This document shows positions 10,303-21,486 of a stretch of DNA of 64,000 nucleotides, in pieces. The stretch's first letter is position 1. Every line of letters begins with the position of its first letter. The notes below the pieces were generated by a model. The model was not told the DNA's origin, did no database searches, and was given only the letters and a program-made list of their open reading frames with translations. The translations under genes and the position numbers were made by a program. The DNA comes from an uncultured virus (IMG/VR IMGVR_UViG_3300028569_000010) (Duplodnaviria; Heunggongvirae; Uroviricota; Caudoviricetes), in IMG/VR virus record IMGVR_UViG_3300028569_000010. One strand, 5' to 3'.

Positions 10303-13300
10303 TTAGAAGTAAAATAGATCATAATATAAACCAAAGATAGTATTTTCTATTTTCATTATGTATGGTAAATTCATCGTTAAGTAGTTAAAATGAACTTTAT
10401 TTTCTACGTATTCTAAAGTACAATTAGAAGTAAAAGTAGCGTCTAATAATAATAAAGATGTAGTAGATTCAGTATATAGTGACTCTGTACTATACCCATA
10501 AGTATTTTTTGCAAAAACTTTGTATGTATAAGATGTACCCGGTCGTAATCCAGAGGCTATAAGTGTAGTATTATTATAATCCCCACTCGGCAATATAGTT
10601 TGATAAGATGATGAATTATATCCACTTTGTGATATTTCATAATATACAGTAGAGTTGCCATCAAATGATGGCTTTAACCAACTTATATTAAGCTTATCTC
10701 TTCCAGCATTTTTTTCTGGAGGTAAAGAAACTATTAATGATCTAACTGGAGTTGGTGGTCTTAGGTAGTTACATAAAATAGTATTACTGTAATCATTAGT
10801 ATAATTTAATGGATCATTGTAATTAATATTCCTAATTCTAACATTATAGTTAGAGGGTTCCATTAAATAAAAACCGCTATCTAGCTCAGAAACAATAGAA
10901 CCACCTATAGCAAAATTATCTGGAGTATAACTAATATTGTATGTAGTAGATTGATTTATATTTGTTAACTCTATGTTGTAGCCTAGTTTTTCTGAGCCTT
11001 CAAGTAGGGTGTTGGGAGTAATATTTAAATAAATTTTGTCTTGAATAAATCCATCATTTATGATTGACTTACCACTAAAAGGTATTCTTAAAATATCTAT
11101 TTCATTAACACTGTCTAAAAATACATTGGACAAAGAGGTAAATGAAACATCTTTGTTTACTAATGAATCTAAGTATAGATTAGATAAGGATAGATATGAA
11201 ACATTGTTATTTATCAAAGAATCTAGGTATAAATTAGATAATCTTAATGTGGTTATATTAAAATTATATATGAAATCGTTAGATAAATTAGAGATAGCAC
11301 CTATTAATGGCATTAAAAGAATACCAGAATTAGATACTACTTGTGGAGTATTTGGATCTATTGTATTTAATTCCGCTTGATAAATAGTGTTGTTATCTTT
11401 GAAGAAATTTAAACCACTTAAACTTAAGAATGGCTGTAATGGATTTAGTCCATTTAAATAAGTAAAGGAGTTTTCATTTTCTTTTTTTCTTTTCCATCTA
11501 TAATTAACAATTCCTTCATATGTAGATGATGCTGCTATAGCAAAAACTGCTGTAGAATCTTTAGAAATAACCGAATGTAAATTTTGTCGTATGGATATAA
11601 TAGGTGGAAAAACGTTTAAAACTACATCATTAGATACTAGAGAAGAAGCTCCGTCAACGCCCAATACACCTACTCTATATACTTCATTATTATTTTTATT
11701 ACTCAATAGATTTGACAAAAGTAGAAAATCTCTATTCTCATTTTGAATATTAGAATAAGTATTTGTAAGTGTATCTTTCTTTTGCCACTGAAAAAACAAT
11801 GGAGCGCTAGTATTTGTTATATTCGCATTTACTGTAAATGCTGCTGAGTGGGCAGAAGCTACTTGATTTGTGGGCTGATTTTGAATAGATATTACTGGTC
11901 TATCTATAGACAATGTTGAAAAATTACTAATGACACTATTAGCGCCGTCACTACCAGAAATTTTAACTCTATATCTATCTAAGTTATTATTTAGATAGGT
12001 AAGATTTGAAAGCACTAGTTTGTTATTATTAGTATTTTCTATATCAACATATTGAGATAACTGTGTGTTAAATTTTTGCCATCGATAAGACAACACCTCA
12101 TTGAAATTAATAGATCCTGAAATCGAAACTTCTGCAACTCCACTGATTCCAATAAAAGAAATTGGGGGCTGTTGATTAATGACTATAGTTGGTTTATCTA
12201 AGTAAATAGTAAATAAAGAACTATACTTAGGAGTAGATCCTTGATCGCTAGTATAATATCGTCTAAAGTTTTGATTATTATAGTTTAAATATTTTGCATT
12301 ACTTACAGAAAAATAATCTCCAGACTCTCCAATTATATCATTCCAATTTTTAGAAATAGTATCATATTTTTGCCATATTCCAAATAATTCTCCAGATACT
12401 TTTGTTACTTCATTAAATTCTAATTCTGCTGTAGAAAATAATGTAAATGATCTATCTTGACCAATATTTCCACTTATGCTAGATATTAGCTGTGTGTCAT
12501 CAATAATATTAATTTTTGGAGCATATGGTACATTAATGTTAAAAAACTGACTAGTATTTACATTTTTAGAATATTTTGCACTTAAAGAAACTCTATATAC
12601 GTCATTATCATCTGTATCATATTCTAAATCTGTAAGCCTTAATGAAGGAGAAGTAGCTCCAGATATATTAATAAAAACATTATCAAATTCATTAGATCGC
12701 CTTTGCCACTGGTATAATATTTCATCACCACTTGTGATCGTAGCGCTAACAGACAAATCTATAATTCCAGATACAGCTATTGGAAAAAATGTATTTGGAT
12801 TAATGACTGTAATAGTAGATTTAGGAACTCTTAAGTTTGCGTATTGACTATATTTGAATCTATTTAAATTTGCTATATATAAGTTGGCCCTATACAATGA
12901 TTCATCATCTTGTAAATTATTTAGATTATTTACAGAAAGAAAATTAGAATTAGCACTTGGTATATTAATAAATTGACTATCTGACGGTCTTTTTCTTTGC
13001 CAATTGTAATTTACTGGAGTTCCATCATCGGTAGATGCTTCAACATAAAAACTAGCAATGCCTTGATCTGAATTAGTATCCTGTGGCTGAGTTTCTATAA
13101 TTATTTTTGGAATTTTTGTTAAAGTAATTTTAGCTATATTACTAAACGTACTTGACTGTGAGTATAATGTTTTTATTTTTACTCTATATTCATTTAAGTT
13201 GTCTTTTTCATAAGAAAGAGATTTTAATTTTAACTTATTGTCTGTAGCATTTATTATATCCTCAAAAGCTCCAATACCATTTCTTCTTACTTGCCACTGG

Positions 13301-13770
13301 TACAACAACTTAGTATCTATATTAACTTTTGCTACAATAAATAATTCTGTACTATCCAAAAATCCTAAATCAATATTTTTTAGATTATTAGTAATCGTAA
13401 TGATTGGCTCTGGTATATCTTTGACTATAGATAAAGTTGCTTCCTGACTATATACAGGTGACTCTTTGCCATAGTGACCTATATAGACTCTATATTTTGA
13501 TCCACTATCATCTAAACTTGGATTCGAAATTAATAACGTGGAACCTTTAGCAAATGGTATATCAACAAATTTATCTTCAAAAAATCTTTTTTTTTGCCAC
13601 TGATAATAATAAGACGGCAATTGATCAATTGTAGAGCTAATACTAAAAATAGCTATATCATCATAAACAGTAGCATTTTTGGGCTGTTCTGTTATTACTA
13701 CTGTGATCGGTTCTCTTCTTAGTACTGGTTCATAGCCGCAAGGGCAATGACAATCTTCTGGCCTGCCCAT
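10303..13770 (-). CDS. Ig-like repeat and FN3 virion protein
   Basis: About eight repeats of IxxQP...YQWQ...I.gA....L.L..L....D...YRV; C-terminal FN3 (ISWLKPSFDG...YTYKVFAKN). Confidence 0.8.
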   Translation of the reverse strand: MGRPEDCHCPCGYEPVLRREPITVVITEQPKNATVYDDIAIFSISSTIDQLPSYYYQWQKKRFFEDKFVDIPFAKGSTLLISNPSLDDSGSKYRVYIGHYGKESPVYSQEATLSIVKDIPEPIITITNNLKNIDLGFLDSTELFIVAKVNIDTKLLYQWQVRRNGIGAFEDIINATDNKLKLKSLSYEKDNLNEYRVKIKTLYSQSSTFSNIAKITLTKIPKIIIETQPQDTNSDQGIASFYVEASTDDGTPVNYNWQRKRPSDSQFINIPSANSNFLSVNNLNNLQDDESLYRANLYIANLNRFKYSQYANLRVPKSTITVINPNTFFPIAVSGIIDLSVSATITSGDEILYQWQRRSNEFDNVFINISGATSPSLRLTDLEYDTDDNDVYRVSLSAKYSKNVNTSQFFNINVPYAPKINIIDDTQLISSISGNIGQDRSFTLFSTAELEFNEVTKVSGELFGIWQKYDTISKNWNDIIGESGDYFSVSNAKYLNYNNQNFRRYYTSDQGSTPKYSSLFTIYLDKPTIVINQQPPISFIGISGVAEVSISGSINFNEVLSYRWQKFNTQLSQYVDIENTNNNKLVLSNLTYLNNNLDRYRVKISGSDGANSVISNFSTLSIDRPVISIQNQPTNQVASAHSAAFTVNANITNTSAPLFFQWQKKDTLTNTYSNIQNENRDFLLLSNLLSNKNNNEVYRVGVLGVDGASSLVSNDVVLNVFPPIISIRQNLHSVISKDSTAVFAIAASSTYEGIVNYRWKRKKENENSFTYLNGLNPLQPFLSLSGLNFFKDNNTIYQAELNTIDPNTPQVVSNSGILLMPLIGAISNLSNDFIYNFNITTLRLSNLYLDSLINNNVSYLSLSNLYLDSLVNKDVSFTSLSNVFLDSVNEIDILRIPFSGKSIINDGFIQDKIYLNITPNTLLEGSEKLGYNIELTNINQSTTYNISYTPDNFAIGGSIVSELDSGFYLMEPSNYNVRIRNINYNDPLNYTNDYSNTILCNYLRPPTPVRSLIVSLPPEKNAGRDKLNISWLKPSFDGNSTVYYEISQSGYNSSSYQTILPSGDYNNTTLIASGLRPGTSYTYKVFAKNTYGYSTESLYTESTTSLLLLDATFTSNCTLEYVENKVHFNYLTMNLPYIMKIENTIFGLYYDLFYF

Positions 13771-13785
13771 ATTATGAAGCCTCTC

Positions 13786-14394
13786 TTATGTTAGATACTT
13801 ATAGAGTAATAGCTTTCTATCAATATCTGTATTAAGATTAAGATTAAGATTATGCAAATTAAAACTTTGGTTAAGTAGTTGTTCGTATTTAATTGTAACT
13901 ACATTTTTACCAGCAATTCTGTATTCTGATCTTATATTATCTATTAGATCTGATGTCTTTGTAAAATTTTCACGATCTTTATCAGTTAATGAGCCAAAAA
14001 AATATTCATTATTTACAGTATCAAAATCATATTTTATGTATAGCATAATACATTCTGAAATAGGTAAATAATATTGGCTTACTAAAAAGTCTGTAAATCC
14101 ACAGTGTATAATATTTTTATTCAAGTGCTTAGTAAAATAAATTAGATCGCTTACTGTATCTATGTTATCTTTTAAAGAAAGTCCATCCAGGCTAAGTTTG
14201 TGCTGATAGAAAGAAGAAAAAGCGCGTATGTCTACATCTTTAAGAGTTAGTATACTGTCATTAATAGATTTTGGCAATTGTAAGTATTCCTCATCTATCG
14301 TATAAACAGTGGATAAATCATTATTTCCTGTTAATAAAAGATGTGACAAATATTTATCAAATGGTAAGATATTTGATATTACAGAGTAAATCAT
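13786..14394 (-). CDS. Hypothetical protein
   Basis: 202-aa ORF, translationally coupled to the upstream gene. Confidence 0.6.
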   Translation of the reverse strand: MIYSVISNILPFDKYLSHLLLTGNNDLSTVYTIDEEYLQLPKSINDSILTLKDVDIRAFSSFYQHKLSLDGLSLKDNIDTVSDLIYFTKHLNKNIIHCGFTDFLVSQYYLPISECIMLYIKYDFDTVNNEYFFGSLTDKDRENFTKTSDLIDNIRSEYRIAGKNVVTIKYEQLLNQSFNLHNLNLNLNTDIDRKLLLYKYLT

Positions 14395-15812
14395 TATGAA
14401 ACCTCATGTTTAATTGCGTGATTATTTAATGTTAGGTCTGTAAAAATATTTCCATTTATATCTCTAGAATAAACAGGGCCGTATGTAACACCGCCTTGGC
14501 TATTAGTACTTACAGACAATCCACTTGGGGGTGTTTTTAAACTACCAAACAACAAAGAAAAATTTAACTTTGTTAGAGAACTAGGAGCAAAGGCGTGTAC
14601 AACTGGTTGTATAGAAACGATGTTTTTATTTGTATTTAAATTTACGTTGAAATTAGCTACTTGTTCTTGATCGTCTGATATTAAAGATCCATTGCCAGAA
14701 GGAGTTGTAAAACTATCCCCACCAGCAAAAGGTTCTGATACACTAGAAAGATCTCCACTAGCAAATGTATTTTGAACAAAAGAAGAGTATGGAGTTTTTT
14801 CACAACTAACTACTCCAAGAAAATTATTTAAATCTACTTGTCCAGATACAGATTTTATAGAATAGAAATCGTCTATTAAGGTTCTCCATCCTAAGTTTGA
14901 AGCATTACCAGCATTTGGAGAATTATCTGAAGTATGACCCCAAACAACTCCAAATACAGCATGTGCGGCAGTATTAACTGATTGATAAGTAGTTCTAGTT
15001 TTGTTTAAATACAAATCATTTGCTACAGAATTTGCAGAACGATTAATTTTTAGTTCTAGAAATCCACCATTTTCTGCTAATGATGTATTATCTAATTTAT
15101 ATTTTAGTTCTATGTAATTCCAATTGTCTGGTATCAAAGTATTATTTATACTACTTGTACCTAAAAGAATAAATTTTGATGGATCTATAGATAAGTTAGA
15201 ATCAGCACCAGATCCAACAGTAACTAAATTATGTGGTTCGTCAACAAATCTCACGCAAACAGGAGGACCAAAAGGAAAAAATGCATATTCTACACAGATA
15301 GATACTGATCTAAAATCATTTATAGCAGAAAAACCCACCGATGTTAAAGTATCATCTAGTACAGAGTTTGTATTCCAAGCACGTAATTGTATAGTACCAT
15401 TATTTGTAGAGCAAAGATAAAAATGTGGTCTGTAGTTTGCATCTGTTATACAAGCAAAAGGAGTAAATATAGATACTCCATCTCCCCAGCGACCGTTTGA
15501 AGGTTTGGAGTAATGATAAGCAAAACCTAAGACGCCTTCATTTATATTATCTCTAAATGGAACAGCGACTTTTGGATAAAAATTCTTGTGGTATCTAGTT
15601 TGTATTCCAGAATTACCGGGATTATAAGTTGAATCCTGCCTACTACTAATCATAGACAAACAACTCAATTGATTTCTGGCAGTAGGACCAGAAACGATAG
15701 TTGGAGTCACAACACCAGCAACATTACTTGGGCCGAAAGGAATATTTATGAAGTCCTTTACAGCTGTATAGCTCTGATATCTTTCGAACCCTTCAAAATT
15801 TGTTAATGCCAT
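14394..15812 (-). CDS. Putative virion structural protein (beta-rich)
   Basis: 472-aa ORF in the structural operon with GGAG RBS; WNYIELK...LELKIN resembles a lectin-like fold. Confidence 0.55.
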   Translation of the reverse strand: MALTNFEGFERYQSYTAVKDFINIPFGPSNVAGVVTPTIVSGPTARNQLSCLSMISSRQDSTYNPGNSGIQTRYHKNFYPKVAVPFRDNINEGVLGFAYHYSKPSNGRWGDGVSIFTPFACITDANYRPHFYLCSTNNGTIQLRAWNTNSVLDDTLTSVGFSAINDFRSVSICVEYAFFPFGPPVCVRFVDEPHNLVTVGSGADSNLSIDPSKFILLGTSSINNTLIPDNWNYIELKYKLDNTSLAENGGFLELKINRSANSVANDLYLNKTRTTYQSVNTAAHAVFGVVWGHTSDNSPNAGNASNLGWRTLIDDFYSIKSVSGQVDLNNFLGVVSCEKTPYSSFVQNTFASGDLSSVSEPFAGGDSFTTPSGNGSLISDDQEQVANFNVNLNTNKNIVSIQPVVHAFAPSSLTKLNFSLLFGSLKTPPSGLSVSTNSQGGVTYGPVYSRDINGNIFTDLTLNNHAIKHEVS

Positions 15813-15824
15813 ATCTTATCTCCA

Positions 15825-18800
15825 TTATTGAATTATTCCAGATACTCTATTACTAATATCACCTAATCCATTTTGATTAATAGCTCTAATATTAAAGAAC
15901 CAATCAAAAGTAGTATCTAAATTTGTAATTGTTGCAAAATTTTCTACAGACTGAGTGTTAAAATTATATACACTTGAATAAGCATTATTTTTTAAGCCAC
16001 TGTATGATACTAAATAATCAGTAATAACACTGCCACCATTACCTGGATCACCAGAACCTACGCCACTTGTAATAATATTTGGTATATTCCAATATAGTCT
16101 AACTCTATCAGTTTTTACACCACTAGCAATAGAGCCATTGTTAAAAATAAATACTCCAGATGTATTGAAAGGTCTATATGGAATTCTTGAAGGGGTAATA
16201 TCTGGAGTTTCTGAAGTGAATGGGCCATTACCAACATAATTTTTAGCAGAAACCTTAAACTTATAAGATGCACCATTTTGTAAGTTTGATATATATGAAG
16301 AAGTAGAAGAACTTACACCTTCATTAAAAGTTAGTGTAGCAGTATCAAAAGATCCATAAGAATCGTTAGGTTTACTTATTTGTCTATATTGTACTGTATA
16401 ATCAGTTATACTTCCTCCACCATCGTTTGCTGGTGGATTCCAAGATAAAGCTACTCCGCTGCTATTTGAAACTCCGTTTAAATTAAGTGGAGAGCTAGGA
16501 GTAACTCCAGAAATTACTAAGATTGAATTTGAAAGTTGTGTAGGTATACCAGTTCCGAATGTATTTTCAGCACTTACTTTAAATACATATCCACTACCAA
16601 GTAATAAGTTTGGTATAGATAAAGAATTTACATTTCCACTAGAAAAAGTTGTAGTATAGATACTATCATTGTTTATAGCGTAAGCAATATGATATTTACT
16701 TATGTTAGATCCACCAGCAAAAAATGGTGGCAACCAATTAACAGTAAGCTCTCTGAAGTTTGTGCGAGTAATATTTAAATTTCTTGGTTCTGAAGGTAGT
16801 TGATTAATAGGTGTACCAACAATATTTTGACTATAGGTTCCGATGCCTACGCTATTAACAGCAGCTACTCTGACTGTATATTGAATACCATTAATAAGAT
16901 TTAGGATATTAAAAGTGTTATTTGTTGAATTTGTGTTTACTGTAGTATATGTCAATCCATCGTTAGAACTATACTGAATAGAATAATTAGAAATAGAAGC
17001 GCCACCGTTGCTAGCGGGTGGAGTCCAAGACAAAGACAATGATGTATTTGAACCCTGAATAGTTAGATTGGTTGGTGATTCTGGAGCAGATATTGACGGA
17101 GTTACTGATATACTAGGTATAGAATATTCGCTCTGCCCTATTCTGTTAATAGCAGCTACTCTGAATATATATGATGTTCCATTAACAAGAGACGTTACTA
17201 TAGCATTTGTATCTGTAGATACTGGTTTAACAAATGTTGTCCACGTTGTGCCACCATTACTTGAATATTGTACATTGTAGTTAAGAACTGGTATACTTTC
17301 AGCGAATGGTGCGGTCCAAGATAAAGATACTCTTTGATTGCCTTTTATTGCCAATAATCCTGCTGGAGAATTTGGTACACTAGCTCCAATAGAAACAAGG
17401 ATAGTAGTTGGAATTCCACTAACAACAGGTGTGGCAAAAGAAGCACCACCAATATTAATATCTAGCGGCTTGTTAATTGTAAATATATCTGTTATTTTAT
17501 GACTATTAGATGGATTTAAGCCATCAACAAATGTATAGTGAGATAATATTTCATTATTAGTCTGAGCAGAGCGCGCATCAGATATATAAACTCTTCTTGA
17601 ATTATTTAAATTATATGGATATGAAGATCTTACGGTAGAAATATTACCATTATTTCCTATAAATAAACTTGGTCCAGTATTACCGGCAGTTGGATTAACT
17701 ACATCATTAGAGATAGCTACGTTTGGAAAAGATAACGATCTATTATTAAGACTATCATCAACTAAACTGTTTGCTAAAGATATTCTAATACCACTTAATC
17801 CTACGTTTAATTGATTTGATCTTGATTGTAAAGATTGTGGTGTAAAATTATTTGAATATAATCCACTATTTACTAATAGTATATCATCAACATGACCAAA
17901 AAAACCATCGACGCGAGTCATTACGTTTGGTAAAAGTGTGCCTTCTAAATTATTAGTATCAAAATCAAACGCAGTCTTGGTTAAGGAATTAAATAATATT
18001 GGAATAGAATTAGAGTAATTATATTCATCTATGAAAGATGATCCTCTTTGAATGCCATTAACGAATAGTCTAGTAACTTTATTTGTTCTTGAAATAGCTA
18101 CGTGTTGCCAAGCATTTGCAGAAAGTATGCCTGTAGGTGTTACTATTTTAGTGCTTCTGAGTCCATTAGAGTCAACAATATTGTATAGCAATTCTCTTTG
18201 TTTTGTCAAAACTAATGAATGATATACTCCATTTGTTACAGCAGTATTATTTGTTAGGTTGTTTGGTCTAGAATCATAAAGATATCGTAATCTATCAAAT
18301 GTAAAAGTTTGTGGCCTTAACATAAACTCAACTGTAAAATCCGATGTGCCTACTTGTAGAGGCTGTTGAGTAGAAATATATGTATCTGTTGATGAAGCAT
18401 TTTCTTGTACAACTACTCCAATCTCAAAAAATGTTGGTATTCTACCACTGGTGTATATTGTATAGTTTCCATCTGTACCCACTCCTATATTTTGGTTTCC
18501 AGTAGACATATAAAATAATTGACCTGGAAATTCTTCAAATCTAAATTCTAGTGGAGTTTGACCAGTAATCTGTGTTATATCTTTTGCTAGTGGATAAAAA
18601 TACCCTTCTGTACTGAGATAGGTTCCAGAACTTACTCGACCGAACACAGCAAATGTATCTTTAACGTTTGGGTTAGGACTAATATCTTGTCGTATATAGT
18701 TTAAATTTGCATTTCCTAATCTCATAACAATGCCTTGCTCGTCTGGAGTAACTGCATCAGAGACTATTCTATCTTCTCTAATATACTGCAAATACATATT

Positions 18801-21464
18801 AGAGATTTTCATTAAAAATTGTTCATCTAAACCAGAAGGTATGATTTGTCCTATATCAGTCTCATCACAGCTAACCCAAACAGGTCTATATTCTCCATTA
18901 ATAGAAGCAGCTACAATATAATGACCTTTATTTATATCTAAAGATGCATCTCTATTAATAAGTGGTATTTCTTTTCTATTTATCCATTGTGCATTTTTAA
19001 GTATCAATATTCCACTAGTTGGAAAATCTGCTGATACTGGAGCATCTATATTGGACTTTGCATATCCCTCTACTACTAAATCAAAAATATCAAATTGATT
19101 TTCTCCTCTAATAAATGTTACTTTATCTTTGGAAAATGAAGCAACAGTATTAGTATTGTTTCCATCTACAAAATTTACATCAAGAGTTCTATCATTTCTT
19201 GCATACTGTAACTGTACACCTTGATTATTATTGTTAAAAGTTGTTAGCAACTGTTGAGTAACTTTGCCATCTGGAGATGGATTTTTATACTCTACCAATT
19301 GATTGTATTCATTTTCAGACTTACTAATAAAACTAGCATATACTCCACTAGAGGGATTTTCTAAAGAATTGTTTGGTTTAAAAATTAACTTAGAATTATC
19401 AATAGATAATGTGTTTCCGCTAGTTGTTAAATCTAAACCATCTTCATAACCTAAAATTTTTCTTGTCTTAAGAAATCCTTGATTATTAATTCTAAAACTA
19501 ATATTAGATAACCAAGAAGAATCTCTATTAAAATTCTTAGTCAGAGCAATATTATTTAGTGTTACATTGTTTTTATCAAAATTATTATTGAAAATTCCTA
19601 TACCGTTGACTATTCTAATATCATCAACATATCCAACATAATTATTAATATTATAGTGAGTGGATGTCCAATTCGTGTGGCCAAATCTGAAAGCCTGAGC
19701 TAAATATTGAGTACTATCACTTATAGATCCAGATAATACTCCATTAATAAATATTTTAAGTGTTCCATTTATTCTACTTAGAACTATGTGATTCCAAGAT
19801 AAAGTAGATACAAGCTGAGTAGAATTAGTTGTGAGGGTGATTAGATTACTACTATCTAAGTTTGTAGAATACTGTAATCTTCCATCTGATAATAAATACA
19901 ATAAGACATATGCGCCATTAGCATTTGTCGGTCGCATATCTAATAAAAATCTATATATGTCAGTAGATGATGGCAGGCTATCGGGCCTAATCCAAAAATC
20001 TATAGTAAAGTCATTAGATCCAAATGCAAAACTGTTAGATATAGCAGTTTGTATACCCTGTCTTCCAGAGCCATTTAAGTATAAACTTTGATTACTAGAT
20101 TTATAATGAGAAGTAGATAGAGCGCTATTGATATTAGTAACAATATGATTACTATCTGAAAAATCAGAAATATTTTGATTAAAATTGATTAATAAAGATG
20201 GCTTCTTAACATCTGGAGTATCGATAGAAATAGTAGGTGCCAAGTAGGAAATGCTGTATTCTCTATTATACCAGTAGTCTTTAGACTTTAAATATAATCC
20301 AGCGGTATTAATTATATCATCAGCAAATAACCCCTGGGCATTTCCATTATTATCAATGTTAGATGACAAATAAAACTTTTTGAGTTGCGGCAATAGTATA
20401 CTGTTCTGTATAACTAAATTATTTACTATAGCATTTCTCCACGCATGGGCTGGAGAACCAAGGTCATAAAAATTATCAGCTTCTGGTATAATGCTACCTT
20501 TTGAAGTAACTAAGCCCTCCGATTTATGCAAATTAGTTGTACCTAAACCAACGTATCCATCTTTAGAAAGAAAAAGTGAAATATTATTTGTGTCACCTTC
20601 AAATTGTGGTGGTTTATTAAACGAAAGACTATCTATAAATTCTATAGACTTATCAAGATATAAACTTCTCCACCAATAATTTCTACTTCCTAAGTCAAAG
20701 AGCGCAATAGATTGATCGTTATTAATATTTAATCTACCAGAAACCGTTGGGCCTATATTGCCGCCAACCTGTAAAACTGCTTCGTCATGTAAAACAATTC
20801 CAGTAGAGCTAACAGTTGGGGCTATAGCTAATTTTAAATTTGATGATAATAATTTACCAAAAATTAATGGTCTTAAATCATGCCTACTATTACCAGAAGA
20901 ACCACACATATCATCATAGTCAATATCATATGATGAAATAAATAAGTTGTAATTTTTTTCTAAGTCTGGGAATTTATTTAAATGATATCCAGCAGCATGT
21001 CCTAAAGCTATATTAAAATTATTGTGTTTATTTAAATAAAGTGAGTAATTACCAATAGAAATGTTTCCAACGCCATCTATAATGCTAGGGAGAGCGTTAT
21101 ACCCTATAGCAGTATTTTTACTACCATAGAGATTACAACTCATAGCAAAAGAGCCTATAGCTGTATTGAACCTAGATTGATAATTAGATGCTAGAGCAGA
21201 ATAACCAAAAGCCGAATTGTCTTCGCTTAGATAATTAACAGTACTAAAAGATCTAGATAAAGTATTTTCACCAGCTTTTGTCGTTCGATCTTCAGCGGTA
21301 GCAAAATTAGCAGTATTTAAATTTGTAGATATAAGAATATTAGGCAAAGAATCTAAGATATTTATTAGACTTTGACGTAAATCTTTTGGAGAAATTCTAC
21401 CAGCATTATTGTCTGGTAGAACATCATTGATGCTATCTACTAATTGATTTTTTGATAGAATCAT
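15825..21464 (-). CDS. Large tail fibre/virion protein with LamG and FN3 domains
   Basis: NTAIGxxAL repeats, two LamG-like units and five C-terminal FN3 repeats (LSWTPPASNGG...Y.VRVAAVN). Confidence 0.85.
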   Translation of the reverse strand: MILSKNQLVDSINDVLPDNNAGRISPKDLRQSLINILDSLPNILISTNLNTANFATAEDRTTKAGENTLSRSFSTVNYLSEDNSAFGYSALASNYQSRFNTAIGSFAMSCNLYGSKNTAIGYNALPSIIDGVGNISIGNYSLYLNKHNNFNIALGHAAGYHLNKFPDLEKNYNLFISSYDIDYDDMCGSSGNSRHDLRPLIFGKLLSSNLKLAIAPTVSSTGIVLHDEAVLQVGGNIGPTVSGRLNINNDQSIALFDLGSRNYWWRSLYLDKSIEFIDSLSFNKPPQFEGDTNNISLFLSKDGYVGLGTTNLHKSEGLVTSKGSIIPEADNFYDLGSPAHAWRNAIVNNLVIQNSILLPQLKKFYLSSNIDNNGNAQGLFADDIINTAGLYLKSKDYWYNREYSISYLAPTISIDTPDVKKPSLLINFNQNISDFSDSNHIVTNINSALSTSHYKSSNQSLYLNGSGRQGIQTAISNSFAFGSNDFTIDFWIRPDSLPSSTDIYRFLLDMRPTNANGAYVLLYLLSDGRLQYSTNLDSSNLITLTTNSTQLVSTLSWNHIVLSRINGTLKIFINGVLSGSISDSTQYLAQAFRFGHTNWTSTHYNINNYVGYVDDIRIVNGIGIFNNNFDKNNVTLNNIALTKNFNRDSSWLSNISFRINNQGFLKTRKILGYEDGLDLTTSGNTLSIDNSKLIFKPNNSLENPSSGVYASFISKSENEYNQLVEYKNPSPDGKVTQQLLTTFNNNNQGVQLQYARNDRTLDVNFVDGNNTNTVASFSKDKVTFIRGENQFDIFDLVVEGYAKSNIDAPVSADFPTSGILILKNAQWINRKEIPLINRDASLDINKGHYIVAASINGEYRPVWVSCDETDIGQIIPSGLDEQFLMKISNMYLQYIREDRIVSDAVTPDEQGIVMRLGNANLNYIRQDISPNPNVKDTFAVFGRVSSGTYLSTEGYFYPLAKDITQITGQTPLEFRFEEFPGQLFYMSTGNQNIGVGTDGNYTIYTSGRIPTFFEIGVVVQENASSTDTYISTQQPLQVGTSDFTVEFMLRPQTFTFDRLRYLYDSRPNNLTNNTAVTNGVYHSLVLTKQRELLYNIVDSNGLRSTKIVTPTGILSANAWQHVAISRTNKVTRLFVNGIQRGSSFIDEYNYSNSIPILFNSLTKTAFDFDTNNLEGTLLPNVMTRVDGFFGHVDDILLVNSGLYSNNFTPQSLQSRSNQLNVGLSGIRISLANSLVDDSLNNRSLSFPNVAISNDVVNPTAGNTGPSLFIGNNGNISTVRSSYPYNLNNSRRVYISDARSAQTNNEILSHYTFVDGLNPSNSHKITDIFTINKPLDINIGGASFATPVVSGIPTTILVSIGASVPNSPAGLLAIKGNQRVSLSWTAPFAESIPVLNYNVQYSSNGGTTWTTFVKPVSTDTNAIVTSLVNGTSYIFRVAAINRIGQSEYSIPSISVTPSISAPESPTNLTIQGSNTSLSLSWTPPASNGGASISNYSIQYSSNDGLTYTTVNTNSTNNTFNILNLINGIQYTVRVAAVNSVGIGTYSQNIVGTPINQLPSEPRNLNITRTNFRELTVNWLPPFFAGGSNISKYHIAYAINNDSIYTTTFSSGNVNSLSIPNLLLGSGYVFKVSAENTFGTGIPTQLSNSILVISGVTPSSPLNLNGVSNSSGVALSWNPPANDGGGSITDYTVQYRQISKPNDSYGSFDTATLTFNEGVSSSTSSYISNLQNGASYKFKVSAKNYVGNGPFTSETPDITPSRIPYRPFNTSGVFIFNNGSIASGVKTDRVRLYWNIPNIITSGVGSGDPGNGGSVITDYLVSYSGLKNNAYSSVYNFNTQSVENFATITNLDTTFDWFFNIRAINQNGLGDISNRVSGIIQ

Positions 21465-21486
21465 TTAACATATTTCTTATTAATAG

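Noticed and set aside
302..21464. Diversity-generating retroelement targeting fibre genes
   Set aside because: No reverse transcriptase and no TR/VR pair differing at adenines was seen; repeats are protein-level only.
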